Source of the DNA: Lama guanicoe
Taxonomy: Eukaryota
NCBI GenBank assembly: GCA_013239625.1
Contig: MU054391.1
Location: forward strand, 124,001 to 188,000
Direction: 5' to 3'
Length of the DNA: 64,000 nucleotides
Position numbers and translations under genes: made by a program. Positions 46,501 through 59,200 of this stretch are shown here, piece after piece. How positions within the stretch are numbered: position 1 is the stretch's first letter; every line of letters starts with the position of its first letter. The notes under the pieces were generated by a model. That model was not told the DNA's origin. It ran no database searches and saw only the letters and a list, made by a program, of their open reading frames with translations.

Positions 46501-49309
46501 TTGGTACCTAAGCCCTTGTTGGCTTCAAGAGAGCTTGTCTCTGTCATTTTGGCAAAAAGTTAATCCTATCTTTGAGAAGAAAAAATTTGGCTTCTTATCC
46601 TCTAAAATTCAAATTTCCTATTGCCTTGCAACATACCAGCTTTGTTTTATAAGAGGTGAACTTTCAGGATTAGTAACACGCAAATTTGAAATCTAAGTCA
46701 TGGCTGTAGTAATGATGATGTAAGAAAAAAATAGATTAAGAACCCTAATTTTTTATTGTTCTCACAATAGAACCGCCACCAGATGCTTGTAGAATGTGAC
46801 GTCAGCCAAGAAAAGGAGCCCGTCTCAAGGGGCAGAAGCAAACACGCCGACCCCTCCTCCACCCGCCTTCTAACAGGCAGCCAGTTACAGCCTAACCGTA
46901 GGGCACGGCCACTCACTCTGCCGCCCGGCTGTAAATCATCCCCAGTGACATGGCCTGAGCAAAGGGGTCCGTGTGCCCTCCACCTTATATGTCCTTGTTT
47001 AACGCCACACAAGCATCCTGCTCCTGACACAAGACATCTGTTGGGTGGTTTGTGCACGTGGACCAGGACTAGCAGGAGTTTTCTTTCGTTGGCACCAAAC
47101 TGTAAGGAGAGCTCCCTTGGCCCCCCAAAGGCAAAATGCAAAAAGAAATTAGAGTTTTTCATCGAGAAGATATTCTTGGCTTCCATTCGTCCCACTTGCT
47201 CATTTTCTCTCTTCCTCTGGCACCAAATAAAGGCAAAATTCCACCATCAGCTTTGCATGGCTGTCCACTGGCCACTCTCGGCGTCTGGCCAAACTACTCC
47301 TGCACCACCAGGACTTGAATTTTTCATCTCCCCCATGGTGGCTTAGCAAGTGACAGGAAAAGCACTGAGATGTAAACACGCCGCACTGTGTTTGCAGTGA
47401 GGCTGGAGAGGGGCCAGCCCCGCCCTGCCCTGACACGGCGTCGCCGGGCTTGACCTGCAGCAATTCAGGCTCTTCGCGCTCCTGGGGCTTTTGGACATGT
47501 GCAGTCAACACAGCACGTGCGAGTCACAGAAGGGTGATTCGAGTCAGATGTCAAGTTAGATTGGACCCGGGCTGTTCTCCAAGGGCACCGAGCAATGGGC
47601 CGACTTTTAATCAAAGGCAGGTGGTCTTGGTCATGCTCCGAGCCTCAGAGAGGGGAGCGTTTGACATTTTGAGAAGCAGAGTGTAGGTGGGAGACCCTGA
47701 TTTGTGCTGTTCCCAGGGGCAGGAGAGCAGGCTCGCCCCGTGGAGTTGAGAATCAGCAGAGACTGGGCAGGAGGTGCAGGACTGGCCCCCGTCCCTGGGG
47801 TGACCTTACCATGTAGCCTTGTACCTTTGCAATTCCATGCCAGGGGCTTTTAAAAAAGTCTATTGTTTTAAATAAAAGAAAAGAAAAATAGTTTACAGAC
47901 CCCTGAGTATTAGGACTACCAGCTAATTTCCACAACCTTGGGTGGCTCTGTCTCCTTTCCGTTTGCAATTATGTAAAATAGAAGCAGAAGATGATCCCGT
48001 CCGTTTACAGTTTCTCAGCTCAGACGTGACTGTCCAGCACCCTCGAGGGTCTGCACACCTGCTTCCAGGATGTGCACGCCCCCCGACTTCGCTCCGTTAT
48101 GTGCGCTCCCTCCGCTGTCTCTCCAGGTGAGGTTTCACCGGGTTGGGGTGGCCTTGGCCGTGGTGCCCGCGCTTCGCCGGCCGGCCCCGTCTGCAGCTGA
48201 AGTCTGGATCCGTCTGCCTATTACAGGTTCCAACTGGTGGATGCTGAGCATGTGGGGCTATTTCTGGACACACCTTTTTCAAAGTGAGTCTGGTGTGAAA
48301 ACTGCTATGTCTGAAATGTCAGAATCTGCCAGCTTCCCCCCTTTCCTTCCCGTGCGGTTCAGGCAGGACTGACAAGTGAATACAGCTCTGCTTTTAGGAA
48401 GAAGCAGATGATGGGATCCAGTCACTGTGGACAATGCCCTGTCTTGGAGAGCAGCCCTTCTGCTGAACGGTCAGTCAGGAAATCCCCGCCTGGCAGAGCA
48501 GGGCTGAAGCCAAGGGCAGGAGGGGAGTCTGGACGGCCCGCGAGCCTTCATGGACACAGCCGGGCCTCGCCCCGCCAGCTCTGGGCGCACCGTGTCCCGG
48601 GGAGGCCAGCCCTAGGCACGGCTTCGAGAGCCCGAGCCCCGGGTCACCTGTGGCTGGAGCTCTCGGGAGGGAGTGTCCGGGGTGTCGAAGGCACTCCGGT
48701 AGGACGTTTTCCTGTATTTCTATACAACATTCAAACAGACAAGGTTAGAGTTCCATTCAAGGAGTCCATGCAGACGCCCACACCTTCCACAAAGGAAGGT
48801 GCCTCCCCTCTGAGTGTGGGCCCGGACCGCCCTGAGCAGGAGACCACAGAGGCGGGGCTGGAGTGTCCCACCTGAGCCGCTGACAGGCATTGCGAGCAGT
48901 GTCTGTGCCCGGGGTTGGGCGTGCAGCCTTGTGAGGTGCAGGTGGGCGTCGGTCCCAGCCTGGGAGACAAGGCCGGTGTGAGGGTCCCAGGGCGTCTGCC
49001 CAGCCGTGGAGGGGCTTCTGTGTCCAGGCCAGAGGGGCGAGGAGGGACGTCCCCGTCCCCTGGGGGCAGAAGAGGGGGCGGGCGGGCAGGGTGGGGTCAG
49101 GCTGTGTGCCCTCGGGCGAGTTCAGTCCCCAGGTCTCTCGTCTGTAAGACGGCCGACAGCCAAGGCAGCGCATTTTGTGTGGACACAGGTCTGGCGGGTG
49201 GGTGACAGTCAGGGCTGTTTCTCCTCTTTTCCAACATGACTTGAGGGCACGCTTCCCAGGCAGGACAGTAAGTGCCATGAGAGAAACTTAAAAACACACT
49301 GAGCATCTG

Positions 49310-49440
49310 GGGAGGAGGGTGCAGTCAGCAGCAGGCGCAGGCGCAGCGGGCACGGGGCCCTGGCTCAGTCCCTGGGGCCCCACTAAGAGAAAATAGATAA
49401 ATAAACCTAATCAGCCCCCAATGGTAACAAATTAAAATAT
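49310..49440 (+). mobile_element. Diverged tRNA-derived SINE, apparently the same family as 53624..53763
   Basis: G-rich head, ccctggctcagtccctgg B-box-like segment and aaataaacctaatcagccccca tail, collinear with the 53.6-kb copy. Confidence 0.45.
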
Positions 49441-51865
49441 GTATATATTGAGCACCTAAAATGCTTCCAATCTTAGGTGTTTGAATGTATTTGTTTTGGA
49501 TCTGAAATGGTAACATTTCAGATAAAAGCTGCCCCGTAAAGGGGACAGTGTTGTCCTCCTCCAGCACCTGCAGGGCGAGGCCGGACAGCGCTGCGGAGGG
49601 TGGTGTGACTGGCGTTTGGCCACCATCTCGGAGGGCTGGCTGGGCCACACAGCCTGCAGGTGACCTGCCTGCTCTGGGGCTGACTGCTGTGGGAGGAGGG
49701 GAGTTTCGAATCTGAGGTTTGGTCTTGAGGCCCCACGGAGCACAGAGGGAGAAACACACGCTGCTTTGGGAAGCAGGGTGCAGCTGCGCCCTGCAGGCTG
49801 GGGGCTGCCTCGGGGCCCGTGTTGCAGGGTCGTCAGCCCTGGGAAGGCAGCAGGTCTGCTGTGGGGAGCCCCCATCCCCCACCAGCCACTGCTCACGTCC
49901 ACAGGCTCCTGGGGCTGTGCGCTGGCCTCTCCTGGGCCCTCACCATCCCACCGCCGGCCGCTGGGGGCCTTTTCCTTCCGCAGCTCCCAGCACCAAGGAG
50001 ATTCCCAAGTGGGGTCCCACGGATTTCGGTGAGAATTCTTGGGCTCTTTTCCACAACTGTCCTCGGTGTTTGTGGGAGGTCCTGAGGGGCAGTGTCCTTC
50101 ATCGGCCACGGAGCCGCCCTGCGTCGTTCGAGGGAAGGAGAATCCGACCTCCGCCTGGACCGGGTGCCGAGCCTGTGCTTAGGTGGCCCAGGTTGCGCAC
50201 AAGCCACGGTGCTGTGACTAGAAGCCCGCAGAGCGGCTGGGGACCTTGAAGTCCTCCAGTCTATTCCTTTGGAACCTTTTGAGTCCTAGGGATTCGCAGA
50301 ATTTTGTGGGGGAGGAGCAGAATGTGGCCTGCAGTTCAGAGCCTCTGGTGTGGCTTCGTGCTGAAACAGGAGGCTGTTTCTGCAGCTTGAGTGAGGAGTG
50401 CAGTGCCAGTTTGAAAAGCCAGTTTCTTTCAAAAATTTGTGGAGATTTGCATGAAGGATAGAGTTTTCGTTTCTAGCCTCTGCATTTCCCACAGCCCCCA
50501 CTTGTCTGTTGTATCAACTGTCATTCCCAAAGCCTTAAAAGGAAACGGAGGACGGAGAAGGGTTTCTGGGAAGGTGGGCATCGCGGCTAAGAGGGTGGAA
50601 CGGCTTAGCTGGAGGAGCGCCTCTCGGGAAGCGCACCTGCTCTAAGCTATGCTTTTTTCTCTCTGGTCTTTGCAGGCTGACTGTGGGTCTTCACACCCCC
50701 AAGGTGGGCGGCGTGGCCCTCGGTTCTCAGCACGGCACCAGGAGGGTATAACTGGCTCCACCTGCCTGAGGAGGCCGTGATGGCTTCGGTGCAGGTGCAC
50801 GGGTCTCCAGACCCCCCAGGGCACACGGATAACCGGAACCCACAAAGCTAAGTGTGAAAATGGACCTCTGGCTTCTAACTCTGGCTCGTGTCCTGGAATT
50901 CCCTGGCCATGCCCAACAGCCATCACGGGCGGAAGACGGATGGAGACATAGCTCTTCCCAGACCCAAGCAGCCAGCAAAGATAACCTGTAGGCCCCGGCC
51001 CCGGATGGACTCCCCCGTCCATCTTGCATTGCATGAGTCTAGTTTCTAGATGCCACAGGTTTCATGGTTTATAGATACAGGATGAGAAGGCAGAAATATT
51101 ATTCTCTCCACCCTTGGGATGCCTCCTGCTGAACCTGGAACTCTGTCTATCTCAGGCCCAAGACAACAGTTTCATGGCTCAGAAGAGGAGTCGCCAGTGG
51201 CTCGTGTCTCCTGTCTCTGCCATGCCTGCCCTGGTGTGGTTGCAGAAGGTCCAGCGAACTCATTGGGCCTCTCATGACTGAAAAGGCAAGCCATATCTGT
51301 TTGTTTTTGTTCGGTTTCCCAGTTTAAGAGTTCCCATAAATAAAACATTGTGTTTTGAGACTGTGAAGACATGAAAACAAATAAGAGTTTAGCCAACGCA
51401 GTACCTAATAATCTAGTGCCCTGGGTGATTTCTTAGGGATCTTGAAGTTTATATTAAGAAATGATTCTGGGGCTCCACAGTGTTACTGAGTTGAAATTTT
51501 CATTTCTTTTTAATTTATACATAAAATGTTAAAATATTTATGTGCAAAATCTTTTTCCATACCATAATCAGTAAGAGCGTGGGAACTCCTGCCAGTGTTG
51601 ATGACACATGACCATGGTTTAGTGACTACGGTTTGGTGCCCCCTCCACGGGTCGTGGCACAGTCTCTGTTCATGTTCTGATTCAGCTGTTTTTTCATCAG
51701 TGGCACATACTGAGGGTTGTGTGCCCATAGACATATACACAGACTCATTATATTTAAGACGTTTGTGAGTTAATGACCAACAATGCTTTTAATGGGTCCC
51801 ATTCTTTCTCTGGGACATTTTCATTCTCTGCTAGAGCAACCTCAGGATAACCGTATGTAAATATA

Positions 51866-52055
51866 GAGTGGACCCTTGAACCACATGGGTCTGAGCTGTG
51901 TGGGTCCACTTACACCTGAATAGTTTTCGACAGTAAATACTACAGTACCGTACAGTCCGCTGTTGAATGAATCCTCAGCATTGGAGGAACCATGAATGTG
52001 GAGGGCCAACTATAAGTTACTCGGATTAACCTCCTCACTGTCCAAGAGTCTTCTG
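51866..52055. mobile_element. MER8/Tigger2-like TcMar MITE
   Basis: Imperfect terminal inverted repeats (gagtggacccttgaa ... tccaagagtcttctg) flanked by TA at 51864-51865 and 52056-52057. Confidence 0.75.
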
Positions 52056-52189
52056 TACAGATATTCCATGTATTCTGGTTTTTAACACCATTAATATCTC
52101 ACAGGGATGTTATAGCCCCCACCTACATGCTGACTCAGTAAGTCAGACAAACTTGCACTCACCAGACAGCAGGAGATGAAGGGACCACA

Positions 52190-54200
52190 TCCCCACATGC
52201 TCTCTGGGGCCATGCCACCCTGATACCAAAACACGAGAAAGGCATAAAATGTATATATGTTTATATACACAAGTATTCCTCATGAACGTAATCCTAAAAA
52301 TATCTAACAAAATATTGGAAAATAAAGTGATAATATGACATTACCAAGTGAGATATATCCCAGGAAAGCAAGATTGATTTAATATTTGAAAAACCATCAA
52401 CTTACCAACATGTTAACAAAATAAGGGGGAAAAATCATATGATCATTTCAATAAATGCAGAAAAATATTTGACAAGATTAAACACTCATTTATGATAGCA
52501 AATGCAAACAAAGAGTAAAGAGAAATTTCCTCAAACTGATAAAAGGCACCTGTGAAAAAACTGCAGATCAGTGAATGGTGGGACAGTGAAGGTTTTTCCC
52601 CTAAAACCAGAAACAAGACGGGGTGCTCTTTCTGATCCCCGTTTAACTCTGTGCCCGTGCGCAGCACTTGGCCAGTGCATTCAAGCAAGAAAAAGAGATA
52701 AAAATGCATACAGATTGGAAAAGAAAAAATAAAACTTTAAAATTTACATATGTTACAATTACTCATCCAGAAAGCTCTAAGAAATTTACAGATAACTACT
52801 AGGAAAAAAAGTGAACTTATCAAGGCCATAAGACAGAAAATAAATATAAAAATTAATTGTATACTAGCATTGATCAAGCAGAAAATAAAATAAAACTTCA
52901 TTCACAGTAGAATCAAGAAGGAATATAAAATATGTGGAGTTATATTTCATAAAAATGAGCAAGAATTGTGCAGTGAAATTAAAGCAGACCTAAGTAAATG
53001 GAGAGAAGCTCTGCTTTTATAATGCAGAGATTCTAATTTGTTAAGAATTCAAATACCCACAAATGAATCCAACATCACTTCAATCAAAATACCAACAGGC
53101 TGCTTCTCTAAAAGCTTGTAAGTTAATTCTAAAATTTAGATGGGAATGTTAAGGACCTGGCATAGCCCAGGTCCTCCTCATGAAGCAGCCCTGTCACTCC
53201 TTATCCAAGGCTAACCCTGAAGGCGCGTTAGCGAGACAGCCTGGGACTGGCCCACATCAGCAGTCCCACCAGTGCAAAGAGCAGACAGCTCAGAAGCAGG
53301 CGCCTGTGTAGATGGTCAATCGGTTACTGACAAAAATTCTGAAGAAATTACGTGGAGAAAGGTTTTTTTTAAATGGCGCTGGAACAACATAGAATAAACA
53401 TGTGGGAAAAACAGCCTCTGTCCCTGCCTTCTCACTACACATAAAACACATTATCGTTCATACACCAAATACAAGTGAAAAATGTACAGCTTCTAGAAGG
53501 AAATGCTGGAGGGCACACTGGCAACCTTAGAATAGGCAAGGATTTCTTAAAGAGGACAAAGGAGACAAAAATATAAAGAACAAATTGAAAAATCAAGCTG
53601 CATCAAAATTTAAGAATAGCTTTGGGGGAGGCTGTAGCACAGTGGAAGAGCAAGTGCGTAGCAAGCACGAGGTCCTGGGTTCCATCCCCAGCACCTCCAT
53701 TAAAAATAAGTAAATAAATTTAAAAAACCCAATTAGCTCCCCCTACATAAAAAATAATTAAAGATAGCTTTAAAACATATCACTAAGAATTTACAAAGGC
53801 AAATCTTAGACTGCTGGAAAACACTCAGAGCACGTACATCTGACAATGGACCTTTAACCAGTGTGCAAACAATCCAACCACCAATAGAAGGTAGGTAACA
53901 AATGAGAGCGACTCAACGACGTACACAGAAAAGACGCACAAACAGCCAATACAAACAGGAAGACGTGGTCAGAAATGAGATTTCAGGGAGTGTGAATTAA
54001 TGTCACAGTGTGACGCCATTTTGCTGAAATTAAAATCCCACTGGATGTGTAGGTGGTTGGAGAGCAGCTTAAATTCACCTGTGCTGATGGTGGGTGGCTG
54101 GACCACCTGGAGAAGTTCCTGACAAGGTGAAAATGCACCTGCTGCTTAACCCGGGGATGCCACCCTGCTGTTCACCTGAGATGGACAAGAAAATCTTCTC
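52190..54200 (+). mobile_element. Degraded L1 ORF2 region
   Basis: A-rich, with L1 ORF2 phrases (catatgatcatttcaataaatgcagaaaaa = HMIISINAEK; gacctaagtaaatggaga; aatggcgctggaacaac). No intact ORF. Confidence 0.85.
53624..53763 (+). mobile_element. tRNA-derived SINE (camelid-type) nested in L1, with target-site duplication
   Basis: A-box-like tagcacagtgg, B-box-like gggttccatccc, AT-rich tail; ATAGCTTT at 53616-53623 and 53764-53771. Confidence 0.8.
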
Positions 54201-54299
54201 CCGCAGTGAAGACTGAGCTGGAACTGTGGCTGCCCAAGGGGCTGGTGTCCACTGCCGACGGGAACAGACGAGCCTCCCTGGGTCACGGAAGCCGCCTGC

Positions 54300-54712
54300 A
54301 TCCTGGCCGGGGCAGGACGGCTGCCCCAGACACCAGGCCCTACCCCTGGACCCGGGGATGGTGTCTTACACGGAAGAGGGACTTGGCACTGTGATTAAGT
54401 GTGGCGATGGGCCTGGATTCTCCGGGGGCCTCACACATAATCACAGGGACCCAGTGAAGAGGCCCAGGAGGTGTGGGGCAGAAGGGAAGGGCCGAGTCCA
54501 GGGACACAGGGACAGGGTGATGGAGTCTGGGCCAAACAGCGAGGGCAAAGAGGGAACGGGCTCCACCCTGGCACCTACAGAGGGAGCTGCCCTCCCTGAG
54601 CTCTGTGCAGTGAAGCCCACCTGGACTTTGCCCAGACTGTGGGAGAGTAAGTGTGGGCTGATTGAAGCCCCCGTGAGTGTGCTCTGTTCTGCTACCCCAG
54701 GAAACTGATACA
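54300..54712 (+). mobile_element. MaLR LTR remnant (MLT1-like)
   Basis: gggacttggcactgtgattaag...taatcacaggg...ends caggaaactgataca. Confidence 0.65.
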
Positions 54713-54714
54713 AC

Positions 54715-55110
54715 TGGCAGCTGGTTTTATGACTATACGTATTCCTTAAAAGCAAAATGTACCCTTAACAAAACTATGGTGACAATAAAAAGGCCAGGGT
54801 CTGGGAGCAGGGAGGGATAAGAGTGGGGCACAGGGGTGCTCAGGGCAGTGAAATGCTCTAGACGTCACCACGGTGGCCATGTCATTGTACATCTGTCCAA
54901 ACCCACTGGGACACCACCAAGTCTGTGCCACTTGGACTCTGGGTGGTGGTGATGCTCTGGGTGGTGGTGATGCATCGGTGCAGGTTCATCCTTGGTAACA
55001 AACATCCCCTTGGGGTGGAGGGGGCTGTGTGGTGGGGGAGGGGATGTGTGAGAAATCACTATACTTCCCTCCTAATTTTGTTGTAAACCTAAAAGAAAGT
55101 CTTTTAAAAA
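54715..55110 (+). mobile_element. L1MC-like 3' end, probably the continuation of the upstream L1
   Basis: ggcagtgaaatgctct...atgtcattgtacatctgtccaaaccca...ttttgttgtaaacctaaaa. Confidence 0.65.
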
Positions 55111-58100
55111 GTACCCTTAAGATCTGCAAATTTGACTGCATGAAAATTTTACCTTAATTAAAAAAAACCCCTCAAAAACAACAAATACAGAAAAAGAAAT
55201 AAAAACATCTGTCCTATGCTTAGACATAAAAATATACACATCCACAAGATGGGAGTCCGTAATATCTGATGTGCTCTTCTGGGGAAAATCAAATACGATG
55301 TTTTTTCCATGGTTCTTATTCTTTAAAGTGAAAAAATCCTCAGCTGGGCCTGTCAAACCTCCTCTAAATCACAGCAGCAGAGTCAGACCAACTCTGCCTC
55401 ACGTTGGTGTTCATGCTTCCAGCTGCCTCCTCACACTGGTTTTCATCGACGTCCCCTCCACTAGCCGACTCCCTCCCCCCAGGAACCGGTGCTGCCACTG
55501 CCCCTCCTGTCCCTCCTCCCAATCACAGCACATCCCTGAAAAGAGGCCTCAGAAGATCAAAGCATTGTTGGGGGCGACTGGAGACCTGGGGAGAGTGATT
55601 TCCTTCAAAGCAAGGGATGCAGGGCGAGATTGAACAGATAGCTCCGGACCGAGAAACAGGCAGGGGAACGTGGATGCCCCAGGATGACGTCTTAAAGGGT
55701 GTCTGTGAGAGGGGGCGCCTCTTCGTCCTCGTCAGTCGGAGGGCTTCCAGCAGCTGACCCGCAGGGTGCAGGGCCTGCCTGCTGGTGCCCTGGCCGGTTT
55801 CAGGGCGAGAGGTGGAGGGAGAGTGAGCAGTCACCTGTAAGGCTCTGGGTGCATTACACCCACCGCAGGTGGACGTAAAGGTGGGGCTGTGCCTGAGGCA
55901 GCATGGAGACAGGCCCTCGAGGGGGTGCAGGAGCCACATGCCTGGGCCCGGAGCAGCACCAAGGCCTGGCCTGGCAGAGGTGGGGTGGCCGGGCCTGGAC
56001 CTGCCAGACTCAGGTGTGCCCTTCCATCAGCCCCCGGGTTCTCTTTCATTCACATTTTACAGTGAATGTCCTTTTCTGCATTTCCAAATTTAATAAAGAA
56101 AGAAAAGGTTTAAAATAATCTCTGAACAGTGAAAACCAGAAAGGACTATAAAAGGTTAAAAATAACTTTGAACATGTTTAAAAATGTAATTGCTTTGGAT
56201 ACACAGTCTGCAGCTCTCAGCTGGCTCTGCTGAACGCCAGCCCTTGTGCATTTCAGGCTGATGCACCTCGTCCACCCCAACCCCCAACCAAGGCGCGCAC
56301 CCGCGCCGCCGACCCTCAGCTGAATAACTCCCAGGGAGCACGCGGTCCTGCAGCCTGAGCCACGCTTACAGACGACTCTGAAGGATGTTCCACCTGGTCG
56401 TCATGTCTTTGTGTGCACACTGGGTTTTATATCAAATTAGGCAGTTTCTTCTTTTTTTCCTTTGTTGCAGAAGGGGCATCTGAACCTTCCCTCGGCAGTG
56501 GCCCCTGCAGGTGCAGGGTGAGTCTCTGGGGAGGCTGCCTGGCAGGTCCTGAGGGACATGAGGAAGCAGCTGGTCCACTTCCCTTTCCTGGAGGTGCCAA
56601 CTGCACTGGAGATGGTCAGCACCCTCCTCCCCCCGGCTGCCTCCTTTCTCCCACCACCCCTATTCTCTCTGTAGAGGCTGAACGTGCACTTTTCCTTCTT
56701 AGCAAGAGAAGCTACGGCCACCTCACACAGCACAGGACAGTGGAGCCTTGGACTCCCTGGTGGGGCTTTAACTGAGGTTGGAAACTGTCTCACTCTCGAG
56801 GTGGAAACTGGGCAGGTGCAAGCTGGCCGAGCCGGTCCTAGAGATCCCCCGAGAGGAGAGTCCGAGATTCTTCTGTCCCCGTGCAGTGTTGGGGACAAAG
56901 CTGCTCTTGCTGAAGAAGGAGAAGGTGCCAGTTTGACCTCTGTAAACAAATTCCAGGACAAAGTCTCAGGATTAAAGACATGGCATTCCAGAGTGAAGGG
57001 GACACCGAGGGTCCATCCAACTGATGAAAACCCCGCCGAGGCAAAACACGGGGGTAGGGGCCATCAGGACAGCAGGGGAGCTGAGACCCTGAGGCAGAAC
57101 ACAAGGACCGCCACCCACAAAGCAGCCCTGAGGCTGGAGAGCAGCCCGCGTTCTGATGAGAGAAGACTTCCACTGTATTGTGCCAAATCCAGCCAAGCTA
57201 TTGACCGAAACTTAGGGTGGGATGCAGACGTTTTCAGATATTTTCAGACAAAGAAATTTGCCTCATAATTGCCCTTCTGAGGAAGCCACTGGAATGTGTC
57301 CTTCACCACAAAACAAGAGAGGAGACCAGGGAAGAGGGGGCGGGGCCTTCCCAGGACAATGGCTGGTGCGGCCCAGCTCCGTGCATCCAGTTTAGACCGT
57401 ACCCAGTGTAGACAGTTCTGTCTCCAAAGAGAGGAAATTGTGAGAGACGTGAGGATGTGTTTGAAAGCCTGGAGAGGAGATTTGTGTCACTTGAGTAACA
57501 ACCAGATGAAAAACAAGGCAATTACTAACTCTGGAGAAAGCGAAAACCACTTTAAAACAGACCCGTAGTTTATCGTATGTCTTTGTCAACTGGCTTTGCA
57601 GTGACAAACTGAACACTGAAGTTGATCAAAACCAAATTACGAGACGGCTCTCTGAGGAAGATGGGTGCTCATGCAGGTCCTAGAGGGCAGAAAACGGGGC
57701 CAAATGGTGCAGAAGTGGGGACACAGTGGGACGGGCCTCGTCTACTCAAACAGGTGACATAGAATAAGGAATTATTGTACGAAGGGTATGAAGAGGAAAA
57801 TCCACTGCCTGAATAACTTTGATAAAGTAAAACTAAAAACTAATGAGGCCAAAATACAGGTGCTCATGACAAAGTTGTTAGAACTTGCACACGAGGGCCA
57901 TTTCTTCAGGGACTTTGTCTTCTTTCCCTTAGGAACACGGCGAGCACTTCAGCAGCATGGATGGGGCCATTTCAAACAGCAAAATCACCCCCAAAATGCA
58001 CAGAATTGGCTCTGAATATGCTGCAACAGCACACCTGCTCCCCTGTTCACAGCTGAGACCTGAGACAGAAAGGCAGAGGGTAGTCCTGTTGGGCCTCGGG

Positions 58101-58219
58101 CAGCTCAAATTTCCACCGCCCTGGTTATGTCTGCAAGTAACCTCGTGAGCAGGTGCTTCCAATATGGACTCTGGGGTAACAATAAATTCTAGAAGTAGGG
58201 AAATTGGCAAATGCTCAGT

Positions 58220-59200
58220 AGTCAGTTTTGAAACTGGGAAATGTGAGTCGTTCTACTTTTTTTTCTTTTCAAGATTGTTTTGACTATTTTGGGACTCTTC
58301 ATGGTTCTATATGAATTTGGGGACCAGCTTTTCTATTTCTGCCCCCAAATGCCATAACATTAGAGTGGGATTATGCTTGGCCTGTAGACCACGTTGGGGA
58401 GTATTGCCATATTAGCAATATGAAGTCTTCCAGGCCATAATCATGGGATGTCTTCCCATTTATTTAGGTCTTTGATTTCTTCCAACAATGTTTTGTAGTT
58501 TTAGTGTATAAGTCTTTTACTTCCTTGGGTAAATTTCTTTCTAGATGTTTTAATCTTTTGGATGCTATTATAAATCTAATTTTCTTACTTTCTTTTCAGA
58601 GTATTTACTGCTAGTGTTTAGAAACAGAATTGATTTTTTTGTGTTGATCTCACACCCTGCAGCTTTGCTGGATTTCTTTATTAGCTCTGGTAGTAAGTTT
58701 GTTTGGGCGTGGACTCAGTGGGGTTTTCTATGTGTAGAATCATGTCGTCTGAAAAATGAGACAGTTTTACTTCTTCCTTTCCAACTTCAGTGACTCTTCT
58801 TTCTTTTTCTTGCCCAGTTTCTCTGGCCAGGCCCTCTAGTACTATGTGGAAGTAAGCATCCTTGTTTTGTTCTTGGTCTTGGAGGGGAAGATTATAGTGT
58901 TTCACTGTTAAGTATGATTTTAGCTGTGGGATTTTCAATTGCCCTTTATCATGTTAAAGAAGTTATTTTCTTTTCCTAGTTTGCTGAGTTTTTTTTTTTT
59001 TAATCAGGAAAGGGTGTTGAATTTTGTTGAGTGTTTTCTCCGCATCTTTTGAGATGATCATGTGTGTGTTTTCTTCATTCTATTAATGCAATGTTGCACT
59101 TATTGATTTACTTGTATTGAACCATCCTTGCATTCCCAGTATGAATCCTACTGTGTAGAACCCTTTTAATGTGCTGTTGGATTCAGCCTGCCAGGAAGTG
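58220..59200 (-). mobile_element. L1 ORF2 fragment (antisense)
   Basis: T-rich; minus-strand translation includes ...[32 protein letters not shown], a decayed L1 reverse-transcriptase (F)ADD motif region. Confidence 0.88.

Noticed and set aside
53624..53700. tRNA gene
   Set aside because: Degenerate stems, an AT-rich tail and a target-site duplication indicate a tRNA-derived SINE.
56684..57268. 194-aa ORF, and similar 150-217-aa ORFs at 34.5, 38.4, 42.6, 46.8 and 49.5 kb
   Set aside because: No recognisable domain, mostly non-ATG starts and no consistent exon chain; compatible with chance ORFs in GC-rich DNA. A lncRNA cannot be excluded from sequence alone.
58681..58938. 85-aa ORF with a reverse-transcriptase-like motif
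   Set aside because: Decayed L1 ORF2 fragment, not an intact enzyme or a novel retroelement.
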